A stretch of DNA of 64,000 nt. It comes from Cyanobacteria bacterium auto_48_18. Its GTDB lineage: Bacteria; Cyanobacteriota; Vampirovibrionia; Obscuribacterales; Obscuribacteraceae. The notes below the pieces were generated by a model. That model had not been told where the DNA came from. It saw only the letters and a list, made by a program, of their open reading frames with translations, and made no database searches. A program made the position numbers and the translations under genes. Location of the stretch: contig JAVHQC010000001.1 in assembly GCA_036170915.1 (NCBI GenBank), positions 44,972-108,971 on the forward strand, read 5' to 3'. This document shows, piece by piece, positions 27,474-37,910 of the stretch (within the stretch, counting starts at the first letter, position 1; every line of letters begins with the position of its first letter).

Positions 27474-29594
27474 ATGCCACCTGTAATCACGACCTCTTAT
27501 TGCACCATCGCCACTGCCGGTCACGTTGACCATGGTAAGACCTCTCTTATTAAAGCGCTGACGGGCATCAACCCCGACCGCTTGAAAGAAGAGCAAGAAA
27601 GAGAAATGACTACCGACCTCGGTTTTGCTCATTTAGATTTTGACCCACGTGAGAACAATAATAAATTTGTGCTCGGCTTTATTGATGTGCCAGGTCACGG
27701 CAAATTTCTGAAGAATATGTTAGCTGGAGTAGGCGGTATCGCCAGCGCACTACTGGTGGTTGCAGCCGATGAAGGCCCCATGCCGCAAACCTTGCAGCAT
27801 GTGAAAATTTTGAGCTTACTGGGCGTGCAGCACTGCATTGTCGCCCTGACAAAAATTGATATTGCTTCAGAGCAAGAAATTGCGCAAGCTGAAAGCAAAG
27901 TGAAAGCATTGCTCGCTCAATACGACATTGAGCTTCTGGCACTGCAGCCGGTGTCAACAGTTTCATCGGTTGGCATTGAAGAGCTCAAAAATGTGCTTTT
28001 CACTCATTTAAGTGGAATGGCGCAAGACGAAGTCGAGTATATTCCAGCAGCGGCTGAGCATTTAAATGTCGTGGATGGCGAAGGAATTTCCGCATCAGCG
28101 GGAGCTGCCACCCAGCCAACAGTTGAGCCCGGAGCAAGTACAGCTACTCATAGCGCAGAAACGAAAAAGCCCAGTCTCTATCTACCGGTTGACCGCGCTT
28201 TCACCAAATCGGGCTACGGACTTGTGGTCACAGGCACCTTAGTGGAAGGGCAGATTGCCGTTGGTGATCAGATTGCCGTCGAGCCAGGTGGTGTTAAAGC
28301 CCGCGTGCGCGGTATGGAAAGCTTTGGCAAGCAAGTTGATAAAGCTACTGCTGGTCAACGTTTAGCTGTTAATTTAGCTGTTAAAGACGGTGGCGCAGTC
28401 GCTCGCGGACAATGTCTCGCCGGCGACGATCGCGTGGTTGTGCAGAATTTGATCGTAGCAATAACAGATCATGGCGGCCTTGATTTTGACGAACACAAAG
28501 TTGCCATTTCACCCCAACCAATCAAGCTTTATCATGGCACAGCCGAAGCCAAAGGCACCTTGCGTTGGCTCGAGAAAACAAAAACTGACGACGGCAAAAT
28601 GTTTGGTCATATTCACTTAAGTGAACCGATTGTCGCCCGGCCGACTAATCGTTATATCGTGCGCTATGGTGACGATGGCATTGCTGGTGGTGCGATACTT
28701 ATGATTGATCGTCCGCGCTGGCTGACGAGACAAACTCTGCATGATGTCAGCGCGCTGCTAATTGAAGGCAGTGCCGACGCTCAGCAAAAAGCTTTTACTC
28801 TAGTTGTGGCCGCTCATCCGCTTAAGGCAGTAAATCTATCGCAACTGCACTGGTTCTTGCCTTTTGTGCAACTGCAGGCTGCAGCCGAAAGCGCGCTAGC
28901 AAGTGGTGCTGTGGTCAGCATTGCTGATTTGTATATGGCGGTGTCAACCCGTGAGCAAATCGGCGAAAAAATTCTCGCACTACTTAAAACTTTGATGACC
29001 AATGAAGACAACGGACGTTTTGGTGTAAGCATCGAAACCATGCGCAAAAAGACTTTCAACACTCTAACGCGGCCGGTGATGCAGGCGATTATTAATGACC
29101 TCGCTGACAAAAAGCTGCTTTATCGCCAGGGCGATCGCATTTTTACTCGAGATGATGAAGCTGAAAAAGCGGCCCTGAAAGAAGCTAATGAAGCAGCTGC
29201 CGCTGCCAATGATCCTGCTTTTGTCGCTGCTAATCGCCTGCGCGATTCGGTAATGAGCATTTTAAATCAGCATCCGTGTTTAGAAATCGATGACCTGGCC
29301 AAGCAAGTCAATATTGATGGTAAGCGTATGCGGCTTGTGCTTGGTGAGATGGTCAAAAATAAGCAAGTGCAAATAGTCGATCACGATTTTGTCGCTACTG
29401 AAGGCAAACTTCGTGCGGCGCATTTGTTACTTTCAAAATTGTGGTTGAGTAAAAAAGAAATTTCTCCATCAGACTTTCGTGAAGGTCTGAGCACCACACG
29501 CAAATACGCCATGGCTTTGCTTTCTTATTTTGACGAAAACAATGTGACAAGGCGCATGGCTGGTAGTCGTGTCTTGCTCAAGCAAGTGGAGTAA
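27474..29594 (+). CDS. selB: Selenocysteine-specific translation elongation factor
   Basis: [45 protein letters not shown]-terminal winged helix [15 protein letters not shown]...TRR. Confidence 0.93.
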   Translation: MPPVITTSYCTIATAGHVDHGKTSLIKALTGINPDRLKEEQEREMTTDLGFAHLDFDPRENNNKFVLGFIDVPGHGKFLKNMLAGVGGIASALLVVAADEGPMPQTLQHVKILSLLGVQHCIVALTKIDIASEQEIAQAESKVKALLAQYDIELLALQPVSTVSSVGIEELKNVLFTHLSGMAQDEVEYIPAAAEHLNVVDGEGISASAGAATQPTVEPGASTATHSAETKKPSLYLPVDRAFTKSGYGLVVTGTLVEGQIAVGDQIAVEPGGVKARVRGMESFGKQVDKATAGQRLAVNLAVKDGGAVARGQCLAGDDRVVVQNLIVAITDHGGLDFDEHKVAISPQPIKLYHGTAEAKGTLRWLEKTKTDDGKMFGHIHLSEPIVARPTNRYIVRYGDDGIAGGAILMIDRPRWLTRQTLHDVSALLIEGSADAQQKAFTLVVAAHPLKAVNLSQLHWFLPFVQLQAAAESALASGAVVSIADLYMAVSTREQIGEKILALLKTLMTNEDNGRFGVSIETMRKKTFNTLTRPVMQAIINDLADKKLLYRQGDRIFTRDDEAEKAALKEANEAAAAANDPAFVAANRLRDSVMSILNQHPCLEIDDLAKQVNIDGKRMRLVLGEMVKNKQVQIVDHDFVATEGKLRAAHLLLSKLWLSKKEISPSDFREGLSTTRKYAMALLSYFDENNVTRRMAGSRVLLKQVE

Positions 29595-29643
29595 CCGGTC
29601 TTCAACTGTTGGCAGATTCTGGTGGCCTAGTGCTTTTTGCGCG

Positions 29644-29709
29644 CCTAAGAAATTTTACAACCCTTAAGTTGTATGTTTTAACAACCTAACAGTTGTAAAA
29701 TTCCTTAGG
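29644..29709. promoter_or_regulatory. Tandem palindromic operator-like element (ACAAC-N6-GTTGT x2) inside an 18-bp inverted repeat
   Basis: Sites start at 29657 and 29681; flanks cctaagaaattttacaac and gttgtaaaattccttagg are 17/18 complementary; a second copy lies at 51763. Confidence 0.65.
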
Positions 29710-29735
29710 AGTTTTAGAAGGAGTGTAGTCACCTA

Positions 29736-30968
29736 ATGACCTTTCGCCGAACCACCATTTTACTCTTAACTCTTTTGACCCTGACAGCTCCCGCCCTCGC
29801 TCAAGAAGAAACCAGCACCTTCGAAGATGAGCCCGACAACGTGTCAGCCGCTCAGCCGGCTGCGCGCAATTTAAGTGAGTTGGCAGGCGTTGTTGAACAA
29901 AATATGAATCAGTATGTGGTGCCTGGTGCCGCTCTGGCTGTGGCATATAAAGGACGCCTGGTATACGCACGCGGTTTTGGTTTCGCTAATTTGCGCACCA
30001 GAGAACCCGCTACCGAAACCACTCTTTTTAATTTGGCCAGCTGCACTAAGGCGATTTCCATGTTTGGAGTGCTCCGCTTAGTAGATGCCGGACGATTGCA
30101 ATTAGATCAGCCAGTTTACGATGTCATAGGTCGTCCGCCTTTGCCAATGCGGCGAGTCGATCCCCGGGTTCTTCAAATTACTGTTCGCCAACTGTTGCAT
30201 CACTCAGGCGGTTGGAATGATGACTCGGGTTTCGTCACTGCCAGCAATGAAGTGCAGCGTCAGGCACCACAAGGCATGTCCTACAGCGAAGGCGTGCGCA
30301 TTTTATTTATGACGCCTCTCGATTATGCGCCTGGAACGCAAGCGAAATATGCTAACGGCCAGTGGAATCTGGTCAAGTATGTAATTGAATGTGCGGCGCA
30401 GATGCCTTATGGTGACTTTATGAAGCGTGAGCTTGCGGCAATCGGCATTACCGATATGCGTGATGAGTCACGTGGGGCAACTCCCGGCGAAGCAATGCGT
30501 TACGCAGGCAATCCGCCACATGTAGTGCCTGGCGGCCCCAGTCAAACACCGTTGCAGCCTTCATTCGGCAACTGGATGGCCTCAGCTGTCGACATGGCGA
30601 AATATCTCACTGCCATTGATGCTTCTCGTGTGCCTGGTATTTCTCATGCATCTTACGATCAGATGATTGCTGAGCTGCCACCACCAATGGTGAACGAGGC
30701 TAAAGGCGCCCATTTTGGCCTTGGCATGGACACCGTTCGGCAGACACCTACCGGATTTTTCTATACTAAGAACGGCGGCAAGCCTGGAGTGCATGCGCAA
30801 ATTGTCCATCTTGAAAATGGTGTCGATTATGTTCTGCTGATGAACGGCGGCGCCAATGCCGACGGCTCTAACTTCAATCCGCTGGGGCCCACCATGAAAG
30901 GCGTCAATCAAATTTTGCGCAATTGCAGCCAGTGGCCGCAAGAAGACCTGTTTCAGCGTTATCCGTAA
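29736..30968 (+). CDS. Exported serine hydrolase (beta-lactamase class C/AmpH-like family)
   Basis: FNLASCTK (SxxK), LLHHSGG, KYAN (YxN), KNGG; signal peptide. Confidence 0.9.
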   Translation: MTFRRTTILLLTLLTLTAPALAQEETSTFEDEPDNVSAAQPAARNLSELAGVVEQNMNQYVVPGAALAVAYKGRLVYARGFGFANLRTREPATETTLFNLASCTKAISMFGVLRLVDAGRLQLDQPVYDVIGRPPLPMRRVDPRVLQITVRQLLHHSGGWNDDSGFVTASNEVQRQAPQGMSYSEGVRILFMTPLDYAPGTQAKYANGQWNLVKYVIECAAQMPYGDFMKRELAAIGITDMRDESRGATPGEAMRYAGNPPHVVPGGPSQTPLQPSFGNWMASAVDMAKYLTAIDASRVPGISHASYDQMIAELPPPMVNEAKGAHFGLGMDTVRQTPTGFFYTKNGGKPGVHAQIVHLENGVDYVLLMNGGANADGSNFNPLGPTMKGVNQILRNCSQWPQEDLFQRYP

Positions 30969-31025
30969 TTTGGCCTATAAGGGGTATATAGACTTTGGTC
31001 AGCCACGTGGGAAGCGGAGTCTAAA

Positions 31026-31670
31026 TTGCCCCGACACCAACTCGAAATCGTTAATCGAGTCGCGCATGCGACATTTGTGCACAGCGAGAAGTTTTATCTG
31101 CTGGCCATGCTTGTCTGCTTCGGCGTCGGTGTGCTGATTGCCTCTAGCGGCCTTCTGGCATCCAGATTCGCCACTCCTCCAGTCTTCATTGGTTTGGCCC
31201 TGGCGATTTTGACGGTGGTGGGCTCATTCACAAAAGTCTATAGCGCAATGGGCAAAAATATGTGGGAGTGCTCATGTTCGCAACTTGAAGAAATCGAAGC
31301 CCTTCAAGTCTTTGACTTCTTCCGTTATCTGCTACTTATCACAGTCGTTGGTGCTTTGGCTTACTGTTTGCCGCATTTGCTTCAGAAATTTCTAGATAGA
31401 GAATTCGCCATATCCCTTTCCGTAGCGAGTTTTTTTATTGGCGCCGGGTTAGTGTTCTTCAGTGCGTATAGAGCAGATCTGATCGATAAGTTAGTCGCCA
31501 AATTACCATCAGAAGAAGAGTTTTTGCGTGCGCATTTTGAAGACACTGATGAAGTGCCTGAATATATAAAACTTCACGCGAAACTAAATGAAGAGTTATC
31601 TGAAGAAAAGCGTTTTAAACGAAAACCGGCTGAACAAAAACCGGAACAAAAAGAGCCGCCAGCAAATTAA
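31026..31670 (+). CDS. Hypothetical 4-TM membrane protein
   Basis: Four hydrophobic segments and a charged C-terminus; start uncertain. Confidence 0.6.
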   Translation: MPRHQLEIVNRVAHATFVHSEKFYLLAMLVCFGVGVLIASSGLLASRFATPPVFIGLALAILTVVGSFTKVYSAMGKNMWECSCSQLEEIEALQVFDFFRYLLLITVVGALAYCLPHLLQKFLDREFAISLSVASFFIGAGLVFFSAYRADLIDKLVAKLPSEEEFLRAHFEDTDEVPEYIKLHAKLNEELSEEKRFKRKPAEQKPEQKEPPAN

Positions 31671-34165
31671 GAATCTACCGCCACTACAATATGGTCGCTC
31701 GCCTGGCCACTGTTGCCGTCTTTAAAGCGGGGCCACAAGCGAATCTGATAAAGCCCTACACCCGGAAATTCATCGCGCTTCAGTTTAATGGTGCCAGCTT
31801 TACCATCGAAGTCTTTGTATGAAAGAGCGACTGCACTTTTTCGGCTGCAATTTTGTTCTTCGAACATCAGATTTGTTCTTGTGATTTCCATTTCTGCGCC
31901 CACTGCATCACCTTTGATCTTGCTGACGTCATAATCAAATTGGTCTGCTGTCTTGGTTTTAGAAAGATGTATGAAACCTTTGCTGCCGAGATATCCCGAA
32001 TTCGAAAAACTGATCTTGGCAATGAGATCTTGCGCCGGCACGATGCGCACTTCTTCAATCGAGCAGTCACTGTGGTGAGGTAGTCGCAATTTGAGAATAT
32101 GCGATCTGCCACCCAGGCACCATTCAGGCAAACTGCGCAAGGGGAAAATCAATGTCGCTTCGCCAATCTCAGACGGCATAGGGGTGGGTGTGCGGCTCTT
32201 GTTATTGAACTCTGTAATTACATCGTTGGTGTAAAGGAGGTCGGCACCTTCTTTTGCAGCGGCCTGCTTAAAGGCGTCGCTTGCGCTGTTAACTCTCAAT
32301 TTCACAGCTACAAATTCAATGGCGTAGGCATTGCCTGAGCCCGCATCAAAAGTAACTTCCGGACGTCCTTTTTTCTCTGAATGAGGAGCTATAGGATGCT
32401 GCCCGTTTTCTATTACTTGACCAGGTATGACTTTTGTTTCAGTCACCGGATATTGATCAATGTCATCCAGAATGACCTTTTCAAAATCCCCTGCGCTGTT
32501 GTAGCGGTCTTTCCAGCGATAGACCAGAATTTTGTCGCGGTCTTTATACAGTGTGTCTTTCAAATAACCGAAAGGCATCATTGGCTCAAAGGGGTTGACC
32601 ATGATGGCGTTGTAAACGTCGCGGTGTAGCTGTGGTGTGCGTGTCATGCCTTCCAGGGCATTGCGCGAGACGTAAGCACCGTGTATCTGGTCAGGCAATC
32701 CAACTATGAGTACTTGCGGATCTCCCGGCACCTGTTGATAAAGCTTACCGAGAGCAGCTCTGATGCTGTTAGCGCTATTGCCTGCGTCTATCCAGGCTGT
32801 GTTGTTGATACTAAGCACGTAAAAACACAGCGCTAAAAATCCGAGGGCCAATGAATTTCTAGACATCAATTGAATGCGGGCGTTTAGACCACGGCTAACT
32901 ACCACGCCTGCTAGGGCGAACAGCAATGCTAGTGGAACAGTGGCTACATAAGCCAATCTGCTGCCTTGCAAATCGTGGCTGATAGCAAACACTTTATAGA
33001 CTGGCACCAGAGATAGTACCAGCCATCCGCTTAAGAATAGAAAGAGACGGCCCAGCGCTGGTGTGAGAATCAAATTGATTAGAATGCCAATGCCAATCAA
33101 TCCTAAATATAAATTCCAGAGTTTAGTAAATATATTGCCATGGCCAAAGAGCTCGCGGTTAAGCGGTTCGACGAACATTTTCAATCCGCTTAACCATGAG
33201 CTGATGAAGACTTTGATATTAGAAACGAAAAATAGCGAATTGTCATATCCGCCAACCAATGTGCCCAGTGCGAAAAAGCGCACCACAAAATAAACAACGA
33301 TAAGAGCCCAAAAAATTGCAGTACTTTTCGCGGCCCGAACCCAGTAAACAGGGCTTAAAGCCCCTGCCAAAACTGTTCTTGGCGTATCTTGGGGCGAGGC
33401 ATAAAGTAATTCCAGCAAAACGAAAATCGCTGGTAATGTGATTGCCATCTCTTTAGAAAGTAGCCCCAGGGTGAGCAAGACAAGTGAAGCAGCTACTGCT
33501 GTTTTTCGGCCTTTTGCCCCTGGCAATGTTCGTCTGGCTTTCAAATAAAACCAGAATGATGAGGTGATAAAAGCGGTGACAATGACGTCAACTCTGCCTG
33601 TGATCCAGGACACTGTTTCGATGTGCAGCGGGTAGAGACCGAAAATAGCAGCCGCAATAAATGGCCAGTAACGCGTTAAAGAAACAGGCAGGGCCTTAAA
33701 TTTGTGCCTTTCTTTGGCGCCCTCTTCTTCTCTTATGGTGAGGGCCGCTAATTCGCGAGCAATGAAAAATATAAAAATCGTGCTGCTTATGTGGAAGAGC
33801 AAATTGGTGAGGTGAAAGCCAAAACCGTTGCCTTTCCAAATTAAGTAATCGGACACCATGAAAACAGATATGAGTGGGCGATAGAACTTAGTATTGGTGC
33901 CGTCTAGCCACGAACTGTGAAAGTTGCGCCAGATCATTTCAGGATTTCGCACTGCTTCTTTGAGCCATACCAGATGGCCAAAGTCGTCTCCGGCAAAAAA
34001 GTCGAAGAGAATTCCTTTATAGGCTACGAAGGTTAGTGCGGCGGCTAACAATACAAGTGCCAGCAAATATTTGCTTTCGAAACTTTTCAAGCCGGATTTC
34101 TCCAGGCCAGAATCTTTAGAAGATGCGCTGGTGTCTGGATTTAAGCTGGAATTAGCTTCGTTCAA
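31667..34165 (-). CDS. GT-C-fold membrane glycosyltransferase-like protein (TMTC/PMT-like N-terminal part)
   Basis: GDDF, FYRPL, FHLTNLLFH, YPLHIETVSWITGR, LLSKEMAITLP; multiple TM helices and a soluble C-terminal domain. Confidence 0.72.
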   Translation of the reverse strand: MNEANSSLNPDTSASSKDSGLEKSGLKSFESKYLLALVLLAAALTFVAYKGILFDFFAGDDFGHLVWLKEAVRNPEMIWRNFHSSWLDGTNTKFYRPLISVFMVSDYLIWKGNGFGFHLTNLLFHISSTIFIFFIARELAALTIREEEGAKERHKFKALPVSLTRYWPFIAAAIFGLYPLHIETVSWITGRVDVIVTAFITSSFWFYLKARRTLPGAKGRKTAVAASLVLLTLGLLSKEMAITLPAIFVLLELLYASPQDTPRTVLAGALSPVYWVRAAKSTAIFWALIVVYFVVRFFALGTLVGGYDNSLFFVSNIKVFISSWLSGLKMFVEPLNRELFGHGNIFTKLWNLYLGLIGIGILINLILTPALGRLFLFLSGWLVLSLVPVYKVFAISHDLQGSRLAYVATVPLALLFALAGVVVSRGLNARIQLMSRNSLALGFLALCFYVLSINNTAWIDAGNSANSIRAALGKLYQQVPGDPQVLIVGLPDQIHGAYVSRNALEGMTRTPQLHRDVYNAIMVNPFEPMMPFGYLKDTLYKDRDKILVYRWKDRYNSAGDFEKVILDDIDQYPVTETKVIPGQVIENGQHPIAPHSEKKGRPEVTFDAGSGNAYAIEFVAVKLRVNSASDAFKQAAAKEGADLLYTNDVITEFNNKSRTPTPMPSEIGEATLIFPLRSLPEWCLGGRSHILKLRLPHHSDCSIEEVRIVPAQDLIAKISFSNSGYLGSKGFIHLSKTKTADQFDYDVSKIKGDAVGAEMEITRTNLMFEEQNCSRKSAVALSYKDFDGKAGTIKLKRDEFPGVGLYQIRLWPRFKDGNSGQASDHIVVAVDS

Positions 34166-34190
34166 CTATGGCCTTAGGCTAAGTGCTCAA

Positions 34191-35420
34191 CTAACTGAGA
34201 GCCGCAGCTGTCACCGGTGGTGCCACCACAACTGGAGTGGCAATTTCGCTTGCCATAATTTCAGTTATAACTTCGCCCACAGTTTTTACTTGTTCGTCAG
34301 TCAGTTCAGGATACATAGGCAATGACAGAACTTCTCTAGAAAGCTGTTCTGAAATTGGGAAATCACCCATCTTATAACCAAGATTTTCGAATGCTTTTTG
34401 CACATGCAATGGCACTGGGTAATAGCACATAGAGCCGATTCCACGCTCGGTCAGGCGAGCTACCAGTTTTTCTCTGTTTGGATTTTCGAGAGTCGGAGCC
34501 TGGTCTGAAGCAAGCACACGAACAGTGTACTGGTGATAGACGTGTTTCACAGTAGCTCTGGCACCGTCACGCACACCACCAGCCAGGCTTACGCTTGGGG
34601 TGACGAGGCCTGGGCAATTCTTCAGAGTGCTGTCGTAAATAGATGCAAGATGTGCGCGGCGATCATTCCACTGTTTGAGATAAGGCAGCTTGACCACGAG
34701 AGTGGCTGCTTGCAATTCGTCTAAGCGGCTGTTGACGCCAAGTTCATCATGATAATAACGACGTCTCATACCATGGGCACGAATGGCGCGAATGCGCTCG
34801 GCCGCTACGTCGTCTTTGCTCACGATCATTCCGGCATCACCGGCGGCACCAAGGTTTTTAGTGGGGTAAAAACTTGTGCAAGCAACATCACCAAAAGATC
34901 CGGTTGGTTGGCCGTTGTAAGTTGCACCAATACCTTGAGCGTTGTCTTCAATTACTTTCAAGCCGTGCTTTTTGGCGATGGCGCAAATTGGCTCCATATG
35001 TGATGGCAGGCCGTACAAGTGTACCGGCATGATTGCTTTGGTTTTGCTGGTGATGGCGGCTTCAATTAAAGCCGGGTCAATGTTGTAACTGTTGGCGTCG
35101 ATATCGACGAAAACCGGGGTTGCTCCGCGCATCACGATTGCTTCAACTGTGGCGGCAAAAGTGAAAGGAGTGGTGATAACTTCGTCGCCTGGGCCGATGT
35201 CGAGGCCCCAGAGGGCCAGCATCAGAGCGTCGGTGCCGTTGGCTACGCCGATGCCGTGTGCCACGCCTGAGAGCTCTGCAACTTGTTTCTCAAGTGTGCC
35301 GACGTATTTGCCTAATATGTAGTTGCCGCTGCGAAGTACTTGAAGGACGGTTGACTCTAACTCTTCCTGGATCGTTTCGTACTGGGCCTGAAGGTTGAGA
35401 ATCGGAATGCTTTGGGTCAT
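34191..35420 (-). CDS. DegT/DnrJ/EryC1/StrS family sugar aminotransferase
   Basis: VANGTDAL, PVHLYG, IEDNAQ, SFYPTKNLGAAGDAG, NSRLDELQA. Confidence 0.95.
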   Translation of the reverse strand: MTQSIPILNLQAQYETIQEELESTVLQVLRSGNYILGKYVGTLEKQVAELSGVAHGIGVANGTDALMLALWGLDIGPGDEVITTPFTFAATVEAIVMRGATPVFVDIDANSYNIDPALIEAAITSKTKAIMPVHLYGLPSHMEPICAIAKKHGLKVIEDNAQGIGATYNGQPTGSFGDVACTSFYPTKNLGAAGDAGMIVSKDDVAAERIRAIRAHGMRRRYYHDELGVNSRLDELQAATLVVKLPYLKQWNDRRAHLASIYDSTLKNCPGLVTPSVSLAGGVRDGARATVKHVYHQYTVRVLASDQAPTLENPNREKLVARLTERGIGSMCYYPVPLHVQKAFENLGYKMGDFPISEQLSREVLSLPMYPELTDEQVKTVGEVITEIMASEIATPVVVAPPVTAAALS

Positions 35421-35737
35421 TTACTAGGTTCCTTTGGCGATGGCCTGCGAGCAGGCAACATACGACATCTTCTAGATTGCTCTCTGTCGGTTGTAATCAA
35501 GATGGTGAAAACTCGATGACATTTATCCGACAGAATGAGTCTAGCTGGTTGGCATGATGATTCAAAGGTGATGCAAATAAGGTTATCTTTTCTGGTAGCT
35601 GAGTGTTTGTTAATCTTCGCTGTGTACTTTGGGCCAGTTTGCCGCTCCCACGCTGCTCGCGACAATCAATCAATATTTTCCTCCGATTTTCTTTGTTGAT
35701 TTCTGAAAATGCTCTCATCAATTAAATAGTTATGAGC

Positions 35738-35776
35738 AAAAAAAAGAGGAGGCGCAATGCCCCCTCTCCTTTTTTT
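35738..35776 (-). terminator. Rho-independent terminator
   Basis: Minus strand: gagggggc-attgc-gcctcctc followed by a run of 8 T. Confidence 0.8.
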
Positions 35777-35792
35777 AATTACGACTGGTCGA

Positions 35793-36128
35793 TTATCTTT
35801 TCGATTTACCAGGCATTGCTACTGTTCTCGAAAGAGCATTAGTGACGAACAAGTTCAGGCTGACGCCTTCTTTTTCGGCTCTGTCTACGAGTGCTTGGTG
35901 CAGTGACTTAGGCAAACGTACGGTAAATTTACCGGAGAAGCTCATGTACTGGTCATCGCCGCCACGTGATGCTGTTGAAGCTTTGGCTTTAGTGGTGTGT
36001 TTAGGTGCTGCTGTCTTGCGAACAAGTTTGCGGGTACCGACTGCTTTTTTAGCTACATGTTTTGCAGCTGGTTTTGCGGATTTAGCAGCTTTAGGTTTTG
36101 CCTTGCCACCAGTTTTACGTACTGCCAT
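35793..36128 (-). CDS. Lys/Ala-rich basic protein with a C-terminal HicB-type ribbon-helix-helix domain
   Basis: FSGKFTVRLPKSLHQALVDRAEKEGVSLNLFVTNAL; AAGGAG RBS before ATG 36128. Confidence 0.82.
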   Translation of the reverse strand: MAVRKTGGKAKPKAAKSAKPAAKHVAKKAVGTRKLVRKTAAPKHTTKAKASTASRGGDDQYMSFSGKFTVRLPKSLHQALVDRAEKEGVSLNLFVTNALSRTVAMPGKSKR

Positions 36129-36551
36129 TGGTTCACTCCTTCGTGATATTGGGTCAATCAGAAACCAGCCCGCGGGCGGCCCTTGGGGCTGCTTCGGGTT
36201 GCTAATCAGAGAAAAGAAATTTGGACATTTCTCTGTAGAGCGCTGCATGTTATTGCATCGCTCTAAATGTTCGGTGGGACTTAAATGGTTTCCACCGTTT
36301 AACGGTTACCACCACTCTAGGTGGCATAGGTATTGTACCAAACAAGTATGCGTTTATAACCTATTTGTATATAGAAATTTTCAAGCCTTGTGCCCCAAGG
36401 GTTTCGGGGATCTGATACCAGATTGGAGTGATACCAGGGGTGATTTTTTACGCTGACGACACTAGCACCATTCATAATGGCTGGTATCAAAGCAGGAGTT
36501 GTACAATCGGGTAAGCTTGGTGGCGCTGCTAACCCCCACTGGTGGAATGAC

Positions 36552-37901
36552 TTGAGAGTTCTGATTGTAAAACTTAGCGCCATGGGTGATGTCGTTCATT
36601 GCTTACCTCTGGCAGCAAGAATCAAAGAAAGATTGCCCGAAGTGGAGTTGACATGGCTGGTCGAGCCGGCTGCTCAAGATCTCATCAAGGCCAACCCTGT
36701 GGTCGATAGAGTGTTGGTGCTACCACGCAAAAGCTGGCTAAAGGCATTGAAAAATCCTGCCACCATATTGCCTACCACCACCGAAGCCAGAAAGTATTTC
36801 AAAGAGTTGAAAGCTTACAATTTCAACCTGGCGATAGATGCTCAAGGATTGCTCAAGAGTGCCGTGCCTGCCTATTTATCGGGCGCACCACTGCGCGTCG
36901 GATTTGCCGACACCAGAGAATGGGCCCATAAGTTTTTGACTCACGCTTTAGAAGTGAATGACTATTTCGGACATGGCCGTCATGTAGTTGACCTCAATAT
37001 TGCCCTGGCCGATTATGCGCTCGAGGTTCTAGCCCAAGAGCACGGTAGTTGCTTGCGACTTTCTTTCAGTGATCAGACCGTTCGTTTCCCGCTGCCAGAC
37101 ACGGCCTCGAGTGGTGCCGATGCGTCGGTTCTTAAGTTGCCTGGTCTAGACCGAGATTTTTGGGCCGGTGTCACCAGCGGTGAGGCACCGCCTACAGTTA
37201 GTTTGTCACCGTCTACCGATAGATTGGCACCGCTTACCAATAAGTTGGCACCATCCACAGAACTAGTATCAGGGGCGGGGCAAAAGCAAAATCCGCTGAT
37301 TGCCATAATTCCAGGCACCACCTGGGTCACTAAAATCTGGCCGCAAGAGCACTGGATAGCCCTCGGACGTATGCTGGTAGAGCGTTTTGGGGCTCGTCTG
37401 CTTATCTGTGGTGGCCCAGGCGATGCCACCACAAATCAATCTATATATAAAGGAATACTTTCTACCGAATTTCCCGGCTCGGTAAAAAACCTCACTGGTG
37501 AAACCAGTTTAATGCAGCTGGTGGCACTCTTTAAAAAGTGCGATCTTGTAGTTGGTGCCGATACCGGCCCACTGCATTTAGCTGCCGCGGTGGCGCATCA
37601 AGCCGTGGTGGCAAAAAGCGAGGCGCTAGCTTCGGCACATGAGACTCTTGTCACCGCCGGTGAAGCGCCGGTGTTGCAGGGGGTCAAACCAAAGGTGGTG
37701 GCAATTCATGGTGCCACTCCGTGGTTGCGCAATGGACCGTACGGAAGTATGGGTAGTACCGTGCATCTCAATCTTCCTTGCCAACCTTGCTTCTCTAAAA
37801 CCTGTCGCATCCAGACCCTGGCATGCTTAAAAGACCTCCCGGTGGGGGAGGTCTTCCAAGCGGTTGAGACGATTTTGCTCGAAGCTAACTCGTCATCTTA
37901 G
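36552..37901 (+). CDS. waaC: LPS heptosyltransferase I-like glycosyltransferase (GT9)
   Basis: VLIVKLSAMGDVVH, DAQGLLKSA, GADTGPLHLAAA; start at TTG 36552 or ATG 36477. Confidence 0.8.
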   Translation: MRVLIVKLSAMGDVVHCLPLAARIKERLPEVELTWLVEPAAQDLIKANPVVDRVLVLPRKSWLKALKNPATILPTTTEARKYFKELKAYNFNLAIDAQGLLKSAVPAYLSGAPLRVGFADTREWAHKFLTHALEVNDYFGHGRHVVDLNIALADYALEVLAQEHGSCLRLSFSDQTVRFPLPDTASSGADASVLKLPGLDRDFWAGVTSGEAPPTVSLSPSTDRLAPLTNKLAPSTELVSGAGQKQNPLIAIIPGTTWVTKIWPQEHWIALGRMLVERFGARLLICGGPGDATTNQSIYKGILSTEFPGSVKNLTGETSLMQLVALFKKCDLVVGADTGPLHLAAAVAHQAVVAKSEALASAHETLVTAGEAPVLQGVKPKVVAIHGATPWLRNGPYGSMGSTVHLNLPCQPCFSKTCRIQTLACLKDLPVGEVFQAVETILLEANSSS

Positions 37902-37910
37902 TTGTCTAAA

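Noticed and set aside
29657..29696. Assigning the repeated element to NrdR, CRP, NtcA or BlaI
   Set aside because: Half-sites and spacing do not match those consensus sequences well, so it is left unassigned.
35793..36128. Classical HicAB toxin-antitoxin system
   Set aside because: No hicA-like ORF adjacent and no N-terminal toxin-binding domain.
35842..36456. 204-aa plus-strand ORF
   Set aside because: Antisense shadow of the HicB-like gene, which has the RBS, terminator and recognisable domain.
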